A stretch of DNA of 49,071 nt from Ferruginibacter sp. (GCA_031360055.1 JANMAV010000024.1:1-49071); one strand, 5' to 3'. Shown: positions 22,972-32,927, counted from the stretch's first letter. The notes: generated from the sequence alone by a model not told the origin. Numbers and translations are program-made.

Positions 22972-24192
22972 ATGAACAAAAAAGCCGCCATAGGATTTAT
23001 TTTTTTTACAATTGTTTTAGATGTAACAGGGCTGGGATTAATTATACCTGTTTTGCCAAAATTAATTGAGCAATTAATACATGGCGATGTGAGCCAAGCA
23101 GCTAAATGGGGCGGCTGGCTTACAGCTAGTTATGCAATTATGCAATTTTTATTTTCTCCTGTGTTAGGAGGCCTTAGTGATAGGTATGGTAGACGACCAG
23201 TGTTACTTTTATCATTGTTGGGTTTTGGGCTTGACTATTTGTTTTTATCATTTGCACCAACCATTGGATGGCTTTTTGTAGGTAGGGCATTAGCAGGTAT
23301 TACAGGAGCAAGTATAACAACTGCTACTGCATACATTGCAGATATTAGTACCCCACAAAATAGGGCTCAAAATTTTGGGATGGTTGGAGCTGCTTTTGGT
23401 ATAGGTTTTATTGTAGGCCCGGTTATAGGAGGGCTTTTAGGCACATTAAGCCCACGTATACCTTTTATGGTGGCAGCAGGTTTAAGTTTTTTAAATGCTG
23501 CTTATGGTTACTTTGTTTTGCCTGAATCATTGAGTAAAGAAAATAGGAGGCCTTTTAATATTAAGAGAGCAAACCCTTTAGGATCTTTAGTGCAATTAAA
23601 AAAATACCCTGCATTGGGAGGCTTAATAATTTCTTACTTTTTAATATACATGGCATCTCATGCTGTGCAAAGTAACTGGGGTTATTTTGGAATTGAAAAA
23701 TTACAATGGAACGAAAAAATGATAGGCATTTCATTGGGTGTAGTTGGTGTAATGGTTGGCTTAGTGCAAGGGGTTTTAATTAGATATATAAACCCTAAAA
23801 TTGGCAACGAAAAAAGTGTTTTAGTTGGTTTGTTATTATATGCACTTGGCCTAATGCTGTTTAGCTTTGCAACAGAAACATGGATGATGTTTGTGTTTTT
23901 AGTTCCCTATTGTTTGGGTGGTATTTGTGGCCCTGCTTTGCAATCAATAATTTCTGGCAATGTGCCAGCAAATGAGCAGGGTGAGTTGCAAGGAGCATTA
24001 ACAAGTGTTGTAAGCATTACCTCAATTTTTGGCCCAATGTTAATGACGGGGCTTTTCTCATACTTTACTTCACCTAAAGCACCATTTCATTATTCAGGTA
24101 TTTCGTTTTTAGTGGGCTCCGTTTTTATATTAATAAGTGCTTGGGTAGCATATAGAGTGTTATATGTAAATAAAAAGAAACCTACAATTTAA
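22972..24192 (+). CDS. TCR/Tet-family (DHA1) MFS efflux transporter
   Basis: LD..GLGLIIPVLP, motif A GGLSDRYGRRPVLL, GRALAGITGA, GFIVGPVIGG and QGELQGAL; many hydrophobic segments consistent with an MFS fold. Substrate not established. Confidence 0.88.
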   Translation: MNKKAAIGFIFFTIVLDVTGLGLIIPVLPKLIEQLIHGDVSQAAKWGGWLTASYAIMQFLFSPVLGGLSDRYGRRPVLLLSLLGFGLDYLFLSFAPTIGWLFVGRALAGITGASITTATAYIADISTPQNRAQNFGMVGAAFGIGFIVGPVIGGLLGTLSPRIPFMVAAGLSFLNAAYGYFVLPESLSKENRRPFNIKRANPLGSLVQLKKYPALGGLIISYFLIYMASHAVQSNWGYFGIEKLQWNEKMIGISLGVVGVMVGLVQGVLIRYINPKIGNEKSVLVGLLLYALGLMLFSFATETWMMFVFLVPYCLGGICGPALQSIISGNVPANEQGELQGALTSVVSITSIFGPMLMTGLFSYFTSPKAPFHYSGISFLVGSVFILISAWVAYRVLYVNKKKPTI

Positions 24193-24230
24193 AAATCACT
24201 AAACAAATTTGAGTTCTAATAGCTTCAAAA

Positions 24231-24259
24231 TAAACCTCTAAACCTCTAAACCCCTAAAC
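24231..24259. repeat. 8-bp tandem repeat TAAACC(T/C)C x3.6 between convergent genes
   Basis: TAAACCTC TAAACCTC TAAACCCC TAAAC read directly. Confidence 0.7.
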
Positions 24260-24266
24260 AAAAACA

Positions 24267-24872
24267 TTACTCCCGTTTTAACCACCCACTAATACTCATT
24301 CTGCTTTTATTTGCCTTAGCTACTTCGTGTTCCAATTGGTTGCTTTTAAATAATATTGCTGTTTGAGCATGAGGCTGTATAGATTGTGTTTCAGTTTTTC
24401 CGTACAATAATAATTCTCCACCATCAGCTTCCACCCAACTTTCATTTAAATAATTTATAAGAGAATATTTTCTGTTGCTATCATTTTTAAATTGGTCTAT
24501 ATGGCGTTTATAACCACTGCCAGGTTCATACACTGCATAGTGAAATTCGTAACCATTTATGCCTGTATAACAAGTTTCGTTTAGCCTTTTTATAAAACCT
24601 TCTATTTGTTGTAAAAATTGTTGTTCAAAAATATTATCGTGGCTCTTATCCATCCAATAAATTTTGTCGCCTCTCATTTTTTGTGCAGTATCTTTTACTG
24701 TATGGTTGCCTATGCCTGCCGGCTCCATCAAATCATCTAACTGTAAATTTTTAATATTTAACCGTAGCCCATCACATAAAGTTTCTGATAAAAAATTAGT
24801 ATCAATCCCCACATTATTTTCTACATAGGAGTCAATTAAAACATCGTTGGCATTAACATCTGTTGGCAGCAT
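24267..24872 (-). CDS. 2OG-Fe(II) oxygenase (SM-20/EGLN-like prolyl hydroxylase family)
   Basis: RGDKIYW, Y.PGSGYKRHID (HxD), YLNESW..DGGEL, HEV and R.SISGW. Confidence 0.85.
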   Translation of the reverse strand: MLPTDVNANDVLIDSYVENNVGIDTNFLSETLCDGLRLNIKNLQLDDLMEPAGIGNHTVKDTAQKMRGDKIYWMDKSHDNIFEQQFLQQIEGFIKRLNETCYTGINGYEFHYAVYEPGSGYKRHIDQFKNDSNRKYSLINYLNESWVEADGGELLLYGKTETQSIQPHAQTAILFKSNQLEHEVAKANKSRMSISGWLKRE

Positions 24873-24915
24873 AGGGTAAGATAGGCTTTAAAAACAGTAC
24901 CGACTCTATTTAAAA

Positions 24916-27411
24916 CTAAAGTTCCATATTGTTTGCTGCTTTAATGGCAGCAACTGCCATTTTTATTTCGCCAAAGCTTACGTTGGGTAACAAAATTTTT
25001 AGTTCAGTTAAGGTATTTCCTTCATGTTGCTTTACAACAGTAGTTATTTCATCTATTTTTTCTTTTGGCATTACCTCGGTCACATCTATAACGGATGTTT
25101 CTATTAATGCCGCTACATGCCCTTCTACTGTTGCAACAGTTAAGTTACGATCACTAGCAATTTCTGCAATGCTTTTTCCCCCTTTAAATAATGCATAAGT
25201 TGATTGTTGTGTAGTTGGTTTTTCTACCGTAGGTTTTGGTTTAACCTTTCGTTCTTTTTTGGGAGTAGGAGCCTTAGCGTCTATGTTAGTTTCTATATTA
25301 AACTCCTCACAATAACTTTTTACAAAGCCAGTAATCTCTTCACCATACTTATCAATTTTTGCTTTGCCAAAACCGCTAATAAGTAGTAGTGCTCTATTGC
25401 TTAAAGGTAAGTAAGTACAAATATCAACCAGCATAGCATGTGTAGCTATGAGGTAAAGCGGTAAGTTTTCATCATCACAAATTTTATCTCTCCAAGCCTT
25501 TAATGCTATGTATAATTGGGGGTTTACACTATCTACCCTTGCTAATTTTTTGCTTACAGCATAGCAACTTAAATTAAATTTTGGCTGTGCATAATTAAGT
25601 TTATGAGCTAAAAAAGAACTGAGTGTAAAGTTTTGCAAACAGTGTTGCATATTGTATTGGCATAGGTAAAAATTAATAGCAGCATTGTTTAGCCATTCGT
25701 TTATTACATCTGCAGTTTCTTTATGCTCCGTAAGTAGTGGGTGTGTTTTAAGGTTTTGTAAAAGCAATTCAATATGTGGTATAAAATGATTTACAGCTGC
25801 TGATAATCGAGTTTGCAAAGCTTGGTTTTTTTCTATTACCGCCTCTTCTTTCATCATTGCATTTATGTGCCGTATAAATTTTACCCCGTTAGTTTTATCA
25901 ATTAAAAACTGTTGTTGCAAAGTCTCTATCCAATCTATAGCGCCAGTTTGTAAAGTTTCTTTATGTAGATTAATGTAAAGCTTTAAAGCATCTAAACTAT
26001 CTTCAGCTTCTGCAAAACCAAATACATCTTCTAATATTAACTGAGTATACATTTGCCTAGCTCCGGCAAACCTTTCAGCCAATGAGCCCTTGTGCATTAA
26101 TTGTTGTTGCCCTTTAGTTACCCTTTCGCTACTGGTAATGGCAGATTGAGGTATTTTATTTAGCAGCACAATTCCATCTAAACTAGTGCAGCGGCTAAGC
26201 GCCACATATACTTGCCCACTACTAAAAGCAGCTGCAGCATCTATCATTACTTTTGTAAACGTAAGGCCCTGGCTTTTATGTATGGTAATGGCCCATGCCA
26301 AGCGTAAAGGAAACTGTGTAAAAGTTCCTATGGTTTCTTGTTGTAGTTTACCATCAGTTCTATTTAGGGTATATCTATTATTTTCCCAGGTATCTTGGGC
26401 TACATTTATATAAACGCCATCACAATCCACAACAATCTTTTCATCTTCAAGTTCAGTTATAACACCAATTTTGCCATTAAAATATCTTTTTTCAATTGGG
26501 TCGTTTTTAATAAACATTACCTGTGCACCTACTTTTAATAATAAAGATGATTCAGCCGGATAAATATTTTCTGCAAACTCACCTTCAATTTCGGCACCAT
26601 ACACAAAAGGGCTGCTCAATAGTTTTTCCAATTCATTATTGTTTATTACATCAGCCTGCCTATTGTGTGAGGTTAGGGTAATGTAATTATCGTCGTACGC
26701 TGGCCTAAAACTAGGTATGTACCTTTCATGTAGCAAATCAAAATCATCTGCCGCCATATTATTTGTACGTACATTATTTAATAATTGCACAAAGCTTTCT
26801 TCTTTTTGGCGATAAATTTTATTGAGCTCAATTAAAACAGGTTGTTGTTCTTTAATGGCTTGGCTATCAAAAAAAAATGGTGAGGCATAATATTCTTGCA
26901 GTATGCTCCACTCATGGTTTTGTGCAACTGGTGGTAGTTGATGTAAATCACCAATGCACAATAATTGTACCCCACCAAAGGGTATATTATAATTTCTTCT
27001 AACACTTTTTAATAAGGTATCTATAGCATCCATTACATCTGCCCGTACCATACTAATTTCATCTATTACCAAAAGCTCCATTTTTCGGAGCATTTGAATA
27101 CGCTGCTTATTAAATTTCATTTTACCTAATAGCTCTTCTTTACCAGCATGTGTAGGTATAAATGGGCTAAATGGTAATTGAAAAAGACTGTGAAGCGTAA
27201 CACCACCTGCATTTATAGCAGCAACCCCTGTGGGAGCTGCCACTATAGTATTTTTGGTGCAGTTAGCTTTTAAGTATTTTAAAAATGTTGTTTTACCTGT
27301 TCCTGCTTTGCCCGTTAAAAAAATGTTTTCACCAGTTTCTGTTACAAAACGAAATGCTAATTCAAACACTTCGTTACGTTCTATAGTTGGTGCAATTGGG
27401 CTTTGGTTCAT
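24916..27411 (-). CDS. Pif1/RecD-like SF1B helicase with HRDC and C-terminal HTH domains
   Basis: GKAGTGKT, APTGVAA, IDEISM, GDLHQLPPV, QFPLRLAWAITIHKSQG and YVALSR; HRDC-like segment (LKAWR...YLI...GFGKAKIDKYG); HTH (SIAEIASDRNLTVATVEGH). Confidence 0.9.
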   Translation of the reverse strand: MNQSPIAPTIERNEVFELAFRFVTETGENIFLTGKAGTGKTTFLKYLKANCTKNTIVAAPTGVAAINAGGVTLHSLFQLPFSPFIPTHAGKEELLGKMKFNKQRIQMLRKMELLVIDEISMVRADVMDAIDTLLKSVRRNYNIPFGGVQLLCIGDLHQLPPVAQNHEWSILQEYYASPFFFDSQAIKEQQPVLIELNKIYRQKEESFVQLLNNVRTNNMAADDFDLLHERYIPSFRPAYDDNYITLTSHNRQADVINNNELEKLLSSPFVYGAEIEGEFAENIYPAESSLLLKVGAQVMFIKNDPIEKRYFNGKIGVITELEDEKIVVDCDGVYINVAQDTWENNRYTLNRTDGKLQQETIGTFTQFPLRLAWAITIHKSQGLTFTKVMIDAAAAFSSGQVYVALSRCTSLDGIVLLNKIPQSAITSSERVTKGQQQLMHKGSLAERFAGARQMYTQLILEDVFGFAEAEDSLDALKLYINLHKETLQTGAIDWIETLQQQFLIDKTNGVKFIRHINAMMKEEAVIEKNQALQTRLSAAVNHFIPHIELLLQNLKTHPLLTEHKETADVINEWLNNAAINFYLCQYNMQHCLQNFTLSSFLAHKLNYAQPKFNLSCYAVSKKLARVDSVNPQLYIALKAWRDKICDDENLPLYLIATHAMLVDICTYLPLSNRALLLISGFGKAKIDKYGEEITGFVKSYCEEFNIETNIDAKAPTPKKERKVKPKPTVEKPTTQQSTYALFKGGKSIAEIASDRNLTVATVEGHVAALIETSVIDVTEVMPKEKIDEITTVVKQHEGNTLTELKILLPNVSFGEIKMAVAAIKAANNMEL

Positions 27412-27599
27412 GTTGTAAAATGGTAATAAAAAATGTATAAAAATACTACATTACTTTGTACTAAATATATAGAATAAGAAACAACATTTTATTACTTTAA
27501 TTCTATATAAAAAACTAAAAAAATACTTTAAGTTTTAAAATCAATATAAGGCAATGTGTAAATCTATACTTTACATAAGCCTAACATTTTTCATATACA

Positions 27600-27953
27600 T
27601 TAAGCTACCATGCTGCTAGATGCTTTACTAAGCAGCAACAATTCCGAAACTTGTATTTCAGTTACATATTTTTTGTTTCCTTCTTTATCAGTATAGTTTC
27701 TATTAATAAGTTTTCCTTCAATGGCTACTTCTGATCCTTTAAGTAAAAACTTCTCTGCAATATCCGCCACTTTACCCCAGGCAATTAAATTGTGCCACTG
27801 TGTTTCAGTAATTTTTTCGCCATTGGCATTTTTATAATGCTCATTGGTGGCAACGCTAAAACGAACTAATTTTTTACCAGTTTCTGTGTTTCGTACCTCA
27901 GGAGCATTCCCTAAATTACCAATTAACTGTACTTTGTTTTTTAATGCATACAT
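27600..27953 (-). CDS. ssb: Single-stranded DNA-binding protein (short, no acidic tail)
   Basis: NKVQLIGNLG, FSVAT, TQWH...W, KGSEVAIEGKL..R.Y and YVTEI OB-fold motifs. Confidence 0.92.
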   Translation of the reverse strand: MYALKNKVQLIGNLGNAPEVRNTETGKKLVRFSVATNEHYKNANGEKITETQWHNLIAWGKVADIAEKFLLKGSEVAIEGKLINRNYTDKEGNKKYVTEIQVSELLLLSKASSSMVA

Positions 27954-28178
27954 AATGTAAAAGTTTGTGCCAGCTGCTAATATATAATTTGTAACAGCCA
28001 GCGGTTTTAAAATTTATTTATTTAAACCATTCCATTTGTTGGTTTGGTATTGCAAAGGTGTGCTGTTACAAAACCTGTAGTCGGTAAGTAGGCGTTTATA
28101 GTTGTATATAGCCGTTTGTAAACGGTTGTACTTACATAAATAAGTTGTACCTTTTACCCCTAAAACCAACACTAGCGT

Positions 28179-28553
28179 ATGTTAGCACAAAAACAAGCCG
28201 TACTTTGCCTTAACTGTGGCAATGCAGTAAAAGGCCGAGCCGATAAAAAATTTTGTAACGATTATTGTAGAAATGAGTATAATAATAGCTTAAAGGCAAG
28301 CACTACAAACCTTGTACGTAACATTAATAATGCCTTAAATAAAAACCGACGTATACTAGAAAGTACAATGAAGCCCCCCTTAGATACTGCTAAACAGCAC
28401 ATGGATAAGTTAATGGAACAGGGCTTTCAATTTAAATACCACACACATACCTACACCAACAAAAAAGGAGACACTTATTTTTTTTGTTATGATATGGGTT
28501 ACCTGCCGTTAGAAAACAATTGGTTTTTAATAGTGAAAAGGAGAGAAGAATGA
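28179..28553 (+). CDS. Hypothetical protein with N-terminal CxxC...CxxxC zinc finger
   Basis: CLNCG...GRADKKFCNDYCR...NN; C-terminal GF.F.YHTH...YFFCYD.GY. Recalled as a common Bacteroidota family, not verified by search. Confidence 0.8.
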   Translation: MLAQKQAVLCLNCGNAVKGRADKKFCNDYCRNEYNNSLKASTTNLVRNINNALNKNRRILESTMKPPLDTAKQHMDKLMEQGFQFKYHTHTYTNKKGDTYFFCYDMGYLPLENNWFLIVKRREE

Positions 28554-28668
28554 TGGATAAAGTAATTTTAAATAGTAGTTGTTGTTTCAATTAAACTGCT
28601 TTTAATTTTTGTATATAAATTTCTTTTCATTTTTAAGCATTAGACCATTTATTTACCTTTACCCCAAT

Positions 28669-31527
28669 ATGCAAGAAAAAAAATTATTCCTCCTTGATGC
28701 TTATGCCCTCATTTTTAGGGCTTATTATAGTTTAGTAAGCAGCCCACGTATTACCAGTAAAGGGCGAAATACCAATGCTCAATTCGGTTTTACCAATACC
28801 TTGGTAGAGTTATTAAACAACCAAAAGCCTACACATATAGCCGTATGTTTTGATACAAGTGCTACAACCGAAAGGCATACCGATTTTGCCGATTATAAAG
28901 CCAATAGGCAAGAAACGCCAGAAGATATTAGATCATCTATCCCCGATATAAAAAAAATTATACAAGGTTTTAACATACCCGTTGTAGAGCTTGATGGTTA
29001 TGAAGCTGATGATATAATTGGTGCCTTGGCAAAGCAGGCTGAAAAGGTAGGCTACGATGTTTTTATGGTTACGCCAGATAAAGATTATGGCCAATTGGTA
29101 AGCGATAAAATTAAAATTTATAAACCGGGTCGCCAAGGTGGTAGTGTAGAAATTATGGGCCCAAAAGAAGTGTGTGAAAAGTGGGATATACAACGGGTAG
29201 ACCAAGTAATAGATATTTTGGGATTAATGGGAGATGCTGTAGATAAAATACCCGGTATAAAAGGGGTAGGTGAAAAAACTGCTGCCAAACTTTTAAAAGA
29301 ATATGATACCATTGAAAATATTTTGGCTAACGCCGATAAAATTAAAGGAGCATTAGGCGAAAAAGTAAGGGCTGGTAAAGCCGATGCCATGATGAGCAAA
29401 AAATTGGCTACTATAATTTTAGATGTGCCAGTGGAGTTTCAAGAAGAAGATTATCAGCTTGACCCCATGAATAAAGAACTGCTGTTAGAAATTTTTACAC
29501 AGTTGGAATTTAAAACTATGGGGGAGAGGATTTTGGGAACTAAGAAAACGACTGACGATGAACGACAGAAGGTAGTGGGCAGTGAATACAGTAATGCTAC
29601 GGGTGCTAGTGGCAATGGGCAGCTTGATTTATTTGGCAGCCCAATAGCTACAAATTATACTAATAATACTGATAACGAAACCGCTGAAGAAACTATTATT
29701 GTAGCCGATAAAAATATAACCAATACCCCACACAATTATATTTTAGTACAAACAAATGAGGATATAAAAGCTTTAGTAACTGAGCTACAAAATCACTCCG
29801 AAATTTGTTTTGATACCGAAACTACCCACATAGATGCAAACTGTGCAGACCTTGTAGGGCTTAGCTTTGCCGTAAAACCTACTGAAGGTTGGTATGTGCC
29901 TTGCCCCGAAAATAAGGAGGACTGTATTCAACTTTTAAACCATTTTAAACCATTGTTCAACGATATTGCAAAAACATGGATTGGGCAAAATTTAAAGTAC
30001 GATTTGCTCATGCTTAAATGGTATGGCTTTGCACTAGCTGGTAATATTTTTGATACCATGCTTGCACATTATGTAACGGAGCCAGAAGGCAAACGTAACA
30101 TGGATTTATTAGCAGCTAAATATTTAGGCTACATACCCGTTAGCATAACATCGTTAATTGGTAAAAAAGGCAAAGGCCAAGGCACCATGAGAGATGTGGC
30201 TGTGCAAGATGCCAAAGAATATGCTGTAGAAGATGCCGATATTACCCTACAATTAAAACAAAATTTTTTACCACAATTAAAAATTAAAGAAGTAGAAAAA
30301 GTTTTTTACGAAGTAGAAAATCCATTAGTGAGGGTGCTTACCAATATGGAGTTTGAGGGCATACGTATAGATATGGATTTTTTAAAAGCTTACAGCAAAG
30401 AGCTAGATATAGAGGCAAAAATAGCCGAAGAAAAAGTGTATGAAACTGCTGGCGTAAGGTTTAATTTGGCCAGCCCAAAACAATTGGGAGAAGTGTTATT
30501 TGATAAAATGAAACTTGACCCTAAAGCCAAAAAAACAAAAACAGGGCAGTACGCTACCGGAGAAGATGTATTGGCAAAACTTGCCAATAACAACCCTATT
30601 TGCGAAGAAATTTTAACCTTTAGAGAACTTACCAAATTACGCAGCACTTATGTAGATGCCTTTCCTGAATTGATGAACCCACGTACCGGCAGGGTACACA
30701 CCAATTATGCACAAGCAGTAGCAGTTACGGGCAGGCTTAGCAGCACTAATCCTAATTTGCAAAATATTCCTATACGTACCACAAAAGGTAAAGAAATACG
30801 CAAAGCATTTATTCCGAGAGATGCAGATCATGTTCTGGTGTCTGCCGATTACTCACAAATAGAACTTAGGGTGGTAGCGGCTATTAGCGGAGATGAAAAT
30901 ATGTGTGCCGCTTTTAAAAATGGTAAAGATATACATACAGCCACGGCAGCAAAAGTGTTTGGCGTTGAGGAAAAAGACGTAACTAAAGAAATGCGTTATA
31001 AAGCCAAGAGTGTAAACTTTGGTATTATTTATGGGCAGGGTGCATTTGGCCTTGCTGAAAATTTAGGCATACCAAGGGCAGAGGCAAAAGAGATTATTGA
31101 CAACTATAAAAAAGAGTTTCCGGGCATACAAAAGTATATGGACGATACCATTAATTTTTGTAAAGAAAATGGATATGTGGAAACCCTGATGGGGCGTAAA
31201 CGTTGGCTAAAAGATATTACAAGTGCCAACTTCACCGTACGTGGCTTTGCCGAACGAAACGCCATAAACTCACCCATACAAGGTACCGCAGCCGATATGA
31301 TAAAGCTTGCCATGATTAAAATTAATGCAGCCCTCATAGAAGGAAATTTTAAAAGCAAAATGCTGTTACAAGTACATGATGAATTGGTGTTTGATGTATT
31401 AAAAACTGAACTTAAAACCATGGAGCCTTTAATATTAAATTGCATGAAAACTGCTTTGGTACTTCCAAACAATGTACCTGTAGAGGCAGAGTTAGGTGTG
31501 GGAGATAATTGGTTGGAGGCACATTAA
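28669..31527 (+). CDS. polA: DNA polymerase I
   Basis: 5'-3' exonuclease (LLDAYALIFRAYY, YKANR, EADD, DKD); 3'-5' exonuclease (FDTETT); polymerase motifs TGRLSS.NPNLQNIP, ADYSQIELR, KSVNFGIIYG and QVHDEL. ATG 28669 (MQEKK) preferred over TTG 28609. Confidence 0.97.
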   Translation: MQEKKLFLLDAYALIFRAYYSLVSSPRITSKGRNTNAQFGFTNTLVELLNNQKPTHIAVCFDTSATTERHTDFADYKANRQETPEDIRSSIPDIKKIIQGFNIPVVELDGYEADDIIGALAKQAEKVGYDVFMVTPDKDYGQLVSDKIKIYKPGRQGGSVEIMGPKEVCEKWDIQRVDQVIDILGLMGDAVDKIPGIKGVGEKTAAKLLKEYDTIENILANADKIKGALGEKVRAGKADAMMSKKLATIILDVPVEFQEEDYQLDPMNKELLLEIFTQLEFKTMGERILGTKKTTDDERQKVVGSEYSNATGASGNGQLDLFGSPIATNYTNNTDNETAEETIIVADKNITNTPHNYILVQTNEDIKALVTELQNHSEICFDTETTHIDANCADLVGLSFAVKPTEGWYVPCPENKEDCIQLLNHFKPLFNDIAKTWIGQNLKYDLLMLKWYGFALAGNIFDTMLAHYVTEPEGKRNMDLLAAKYLGYIPVSITSLIGKKGKGQGTMRDVAVQDAKEYAVEDADITLQLKQNFLPQLKIKEVEKVFYEVENPLVRVLTNMEFEGIRIDMDFLKAYSKELDIEAKIAEEKVYETAGVRFNLASPKQLGEVLFDKMKLDPKAKKTKTGQYATGEDVLAKLANNNPICEEILTFRELTKLRSTYVDAFPELMNPRTGRVHTNYAQAVAVTGRLSSTNPNLQNIPIRTTKGKEIRKAFIPRDADHVLVSADYSQIELRVVAAISGDENMCAAFKNGKDIHTATAAKVFGVEEKDVTKEMRYKAKSVNFGIIYGQGAFGLAENLGIPRAEAKEIIDNYKKEFPGIQKYMDDTINFCKENGYVETLMGRKRWLKDITSANFTVRGFAERNAINSPIQGTAADMIKLAMIKINAALIEGNFKSKMLLQVHDELVFDVLKTELKTMEPLILNCMKTALVLPNNVPVEAELGVGDNWLEAH

Positions 31528-31640
31528 GGTAGTATTAAGAGCGGCACGTTAAGAAAAAAGCGAACAAGTAGCAGTTGCTATTTGCATGTTTTTAAAACAA
31601 TAGCATTGCAAAAAAAGAAAGTGAAAAAAATGATTTTATA

Positions 31641-32336
31641 ATGAACCAACAAATAATTGGAGACAAACAGTCCCCCATCGGGGGATTTAGGGGGCTAATA
31701 CTCTATTGCTACGATCCCTACTGTGGTTGGTGTTTCGGCTTTAGCCCAGTAATAAAAAAAATTGCTGAAACCTATAAAAACATATTGCCAATAGATGTGT
31801 TAAGCGGAGGAATGATTTTGCCTGAAAAGCCTACCCACATTAGTCTGGCAGCACCATATATTTTAAGTGCATACAAAAATGTAGAAGAAACAACGGGTAT
31901 AAAATTTGGCGATGATTATCTATGGCATCTCAATAACCCTGATGATACTGACTGGTATCCTAACTCCGAAAAACCATCCATTGCCATGTGCATTTTTAAA
32001 GAGTTTTATCCTGAAAGGGCTGTGGAATTTGCAACCGATTTACAATATGCCCTGCATGTTGAAGGCCGAGATTTAACAGACAATGAAACCTACCGCCACT
32101 TGCTAGAAAAGTATAGCATACAACCAGAAATTTTTTACGACAAGTTACAAAGTGAAGAGTATAAAGAAATGGCTTACTATGAATTTTCTTTAATGAAACA
32201 ATTGCAAGTAACAGGTTACCCCTGTGTGTTTATACAAACTAGCGATACAAAATTTAATATGGTAGCAAGGGGTTATACCGATTATGAAACGCTGAAAAGT
32301 AGGATAATTGATGTGTTAAAAATAGAAAACTCCTAA
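31641..32336 (+). CDS. DsbA-family thioredoxin-fold protein
   Basis: YDPYCGWCFGF (CxxC), SGGM and cis-Pro loop VTGYP. Confidence 0.85.
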   Translation: MNQQIIGDKQSPIGGFRGLILYCYDPYCGWCFGFSPVIKKIAETYKNILPIDVLSGGMILPEKPTHISLAAPYILSAYKNVEETTGIKFGDDYLWHLNNPDDTDWYPNSEKPSIAMCIFKEFYPERAVEFATDLQYALHVEGRDLTDNETYRHLLEKYSIQPEIFYDKLQSEEYKEMAYYEFSLMKQLQVTGYPCVFIQTSDTKFNMVARGYTDYETLKSRIIDVLKIENS

Positions 32337-32340
32337 ACCT

Positions 32341-32811
32341 CTACTCCTCAACAACAGGCAGCTTTCTATTAAACCCTTCCTCAAGCGATATAAAAGTTTC
32401 AGTACGTTCTATACCCTTTATTTTTTGTAAATCATCATGTAGCACTCTTCTAAGTTGGGCAATATCTTTACAAACAATTTCTATAAACATGCTATAGTTA
32501 CCCGTAATATAATTTAGCCGTACAATTTCTTTTATCTTTTTCAACTCTTTTGCCACCGTATCGTATAACGAACTTTTTTCTAAATAAATACCTACAAAAG
32601 CCATACAATCATACCCAAGTAATTTGCTATTAATAATCATTTGGGTGCCGGTAATTATTTTTAACTCTTGCAGTTTTTTTATACGTACATGTATAGTACC
32701 TGCACTTACAAATAACTGTTGGCCAAGCTGAGCGTACGATACCTCAGCATTGTTCATCATGGCATTAATTATCTGCTTGTCTAATTTGTCAATAGTTAAA
32801 GGAGTAGCCAT
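32341..32811 (-). CDS. Lrp/AsnC-family transcriptional regulator (AsnC-like)
   Basis: IDKLDKQII, SYAQL, VSAGTIHVRIKKL HTH; FVGIYLEKS, Y.TG.YS.F and IERTETFISL closely follow the AsnC pattern. Confidence 0.9.
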   Translation of the reverse strand: MATPLTIDKLDKQIINAMMNNAEVSYAQLGQQLFVSAGTIHVRIKKLQELKIITGTQMIINSKLLGYDCMAFVGIYLEKSSLYDTVAKELKKIKEIVRLNYITGNYSMFIEIVCKDIAQLRRVLHDDLQKIKGIERTETFISLEEGFNRKLPVVEE

Positions 32812-32887
32812 TTTAGTATCAGTTTTTAAATAGTATTTAATAAAAGTACAAAATATATGAATATTATCTATATTTTATAAATTAATG

Positions 32888-32902
32888 TTGAAAATTATTC
32901 AG
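32888..32902. promoter_or_regulatory. Candidate Lrp/AsnC operator TTGAAAATTATTCAG
   Basis: TGAA-N5-TTCA dyad; 13/15 match by eye to the E. coli Lrp consensus YAGHAWATTWTDCTR; lies between the asnC-like gene and the RNA gene. Confidence 0.45.
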
Positions 32903-32919
32903 CTTATGAATATATTTTC

Positions 32920-32927
32920 TATCTTTG
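32920..32927 (+). promoter_or_regulatory. -7 promoter element (TATCTTTG) for the tRNA-like RNA
   Basis: Exact TAnnTTTG 34 nt upstream of the acceptor stem; leader contains hairpin GTTACC-AAAG-GGTAAC (32941-32956). Confidence 0.65.

Noticed and set aside
22972-24192. Acquired tetracycline-resistance determinant (tetA)
   Set aside because: Family membership is clear, but there is no tetR or mobile-element context and the substrate cannot be read from sequence.
28609-28668. TTG-initiated N-terminal extension of PolA
   Set aside because: PolA similarity begins at MQEKKLFLLDA (28669), and a -7-like TACCTTTA lies inside the extension.
29537-29610. Inserted repeat or intein in the PolA linker
   Set aside because: It is short and low-complexity, has no intein motifs, and lies in the naturally variable inter-domain linker.
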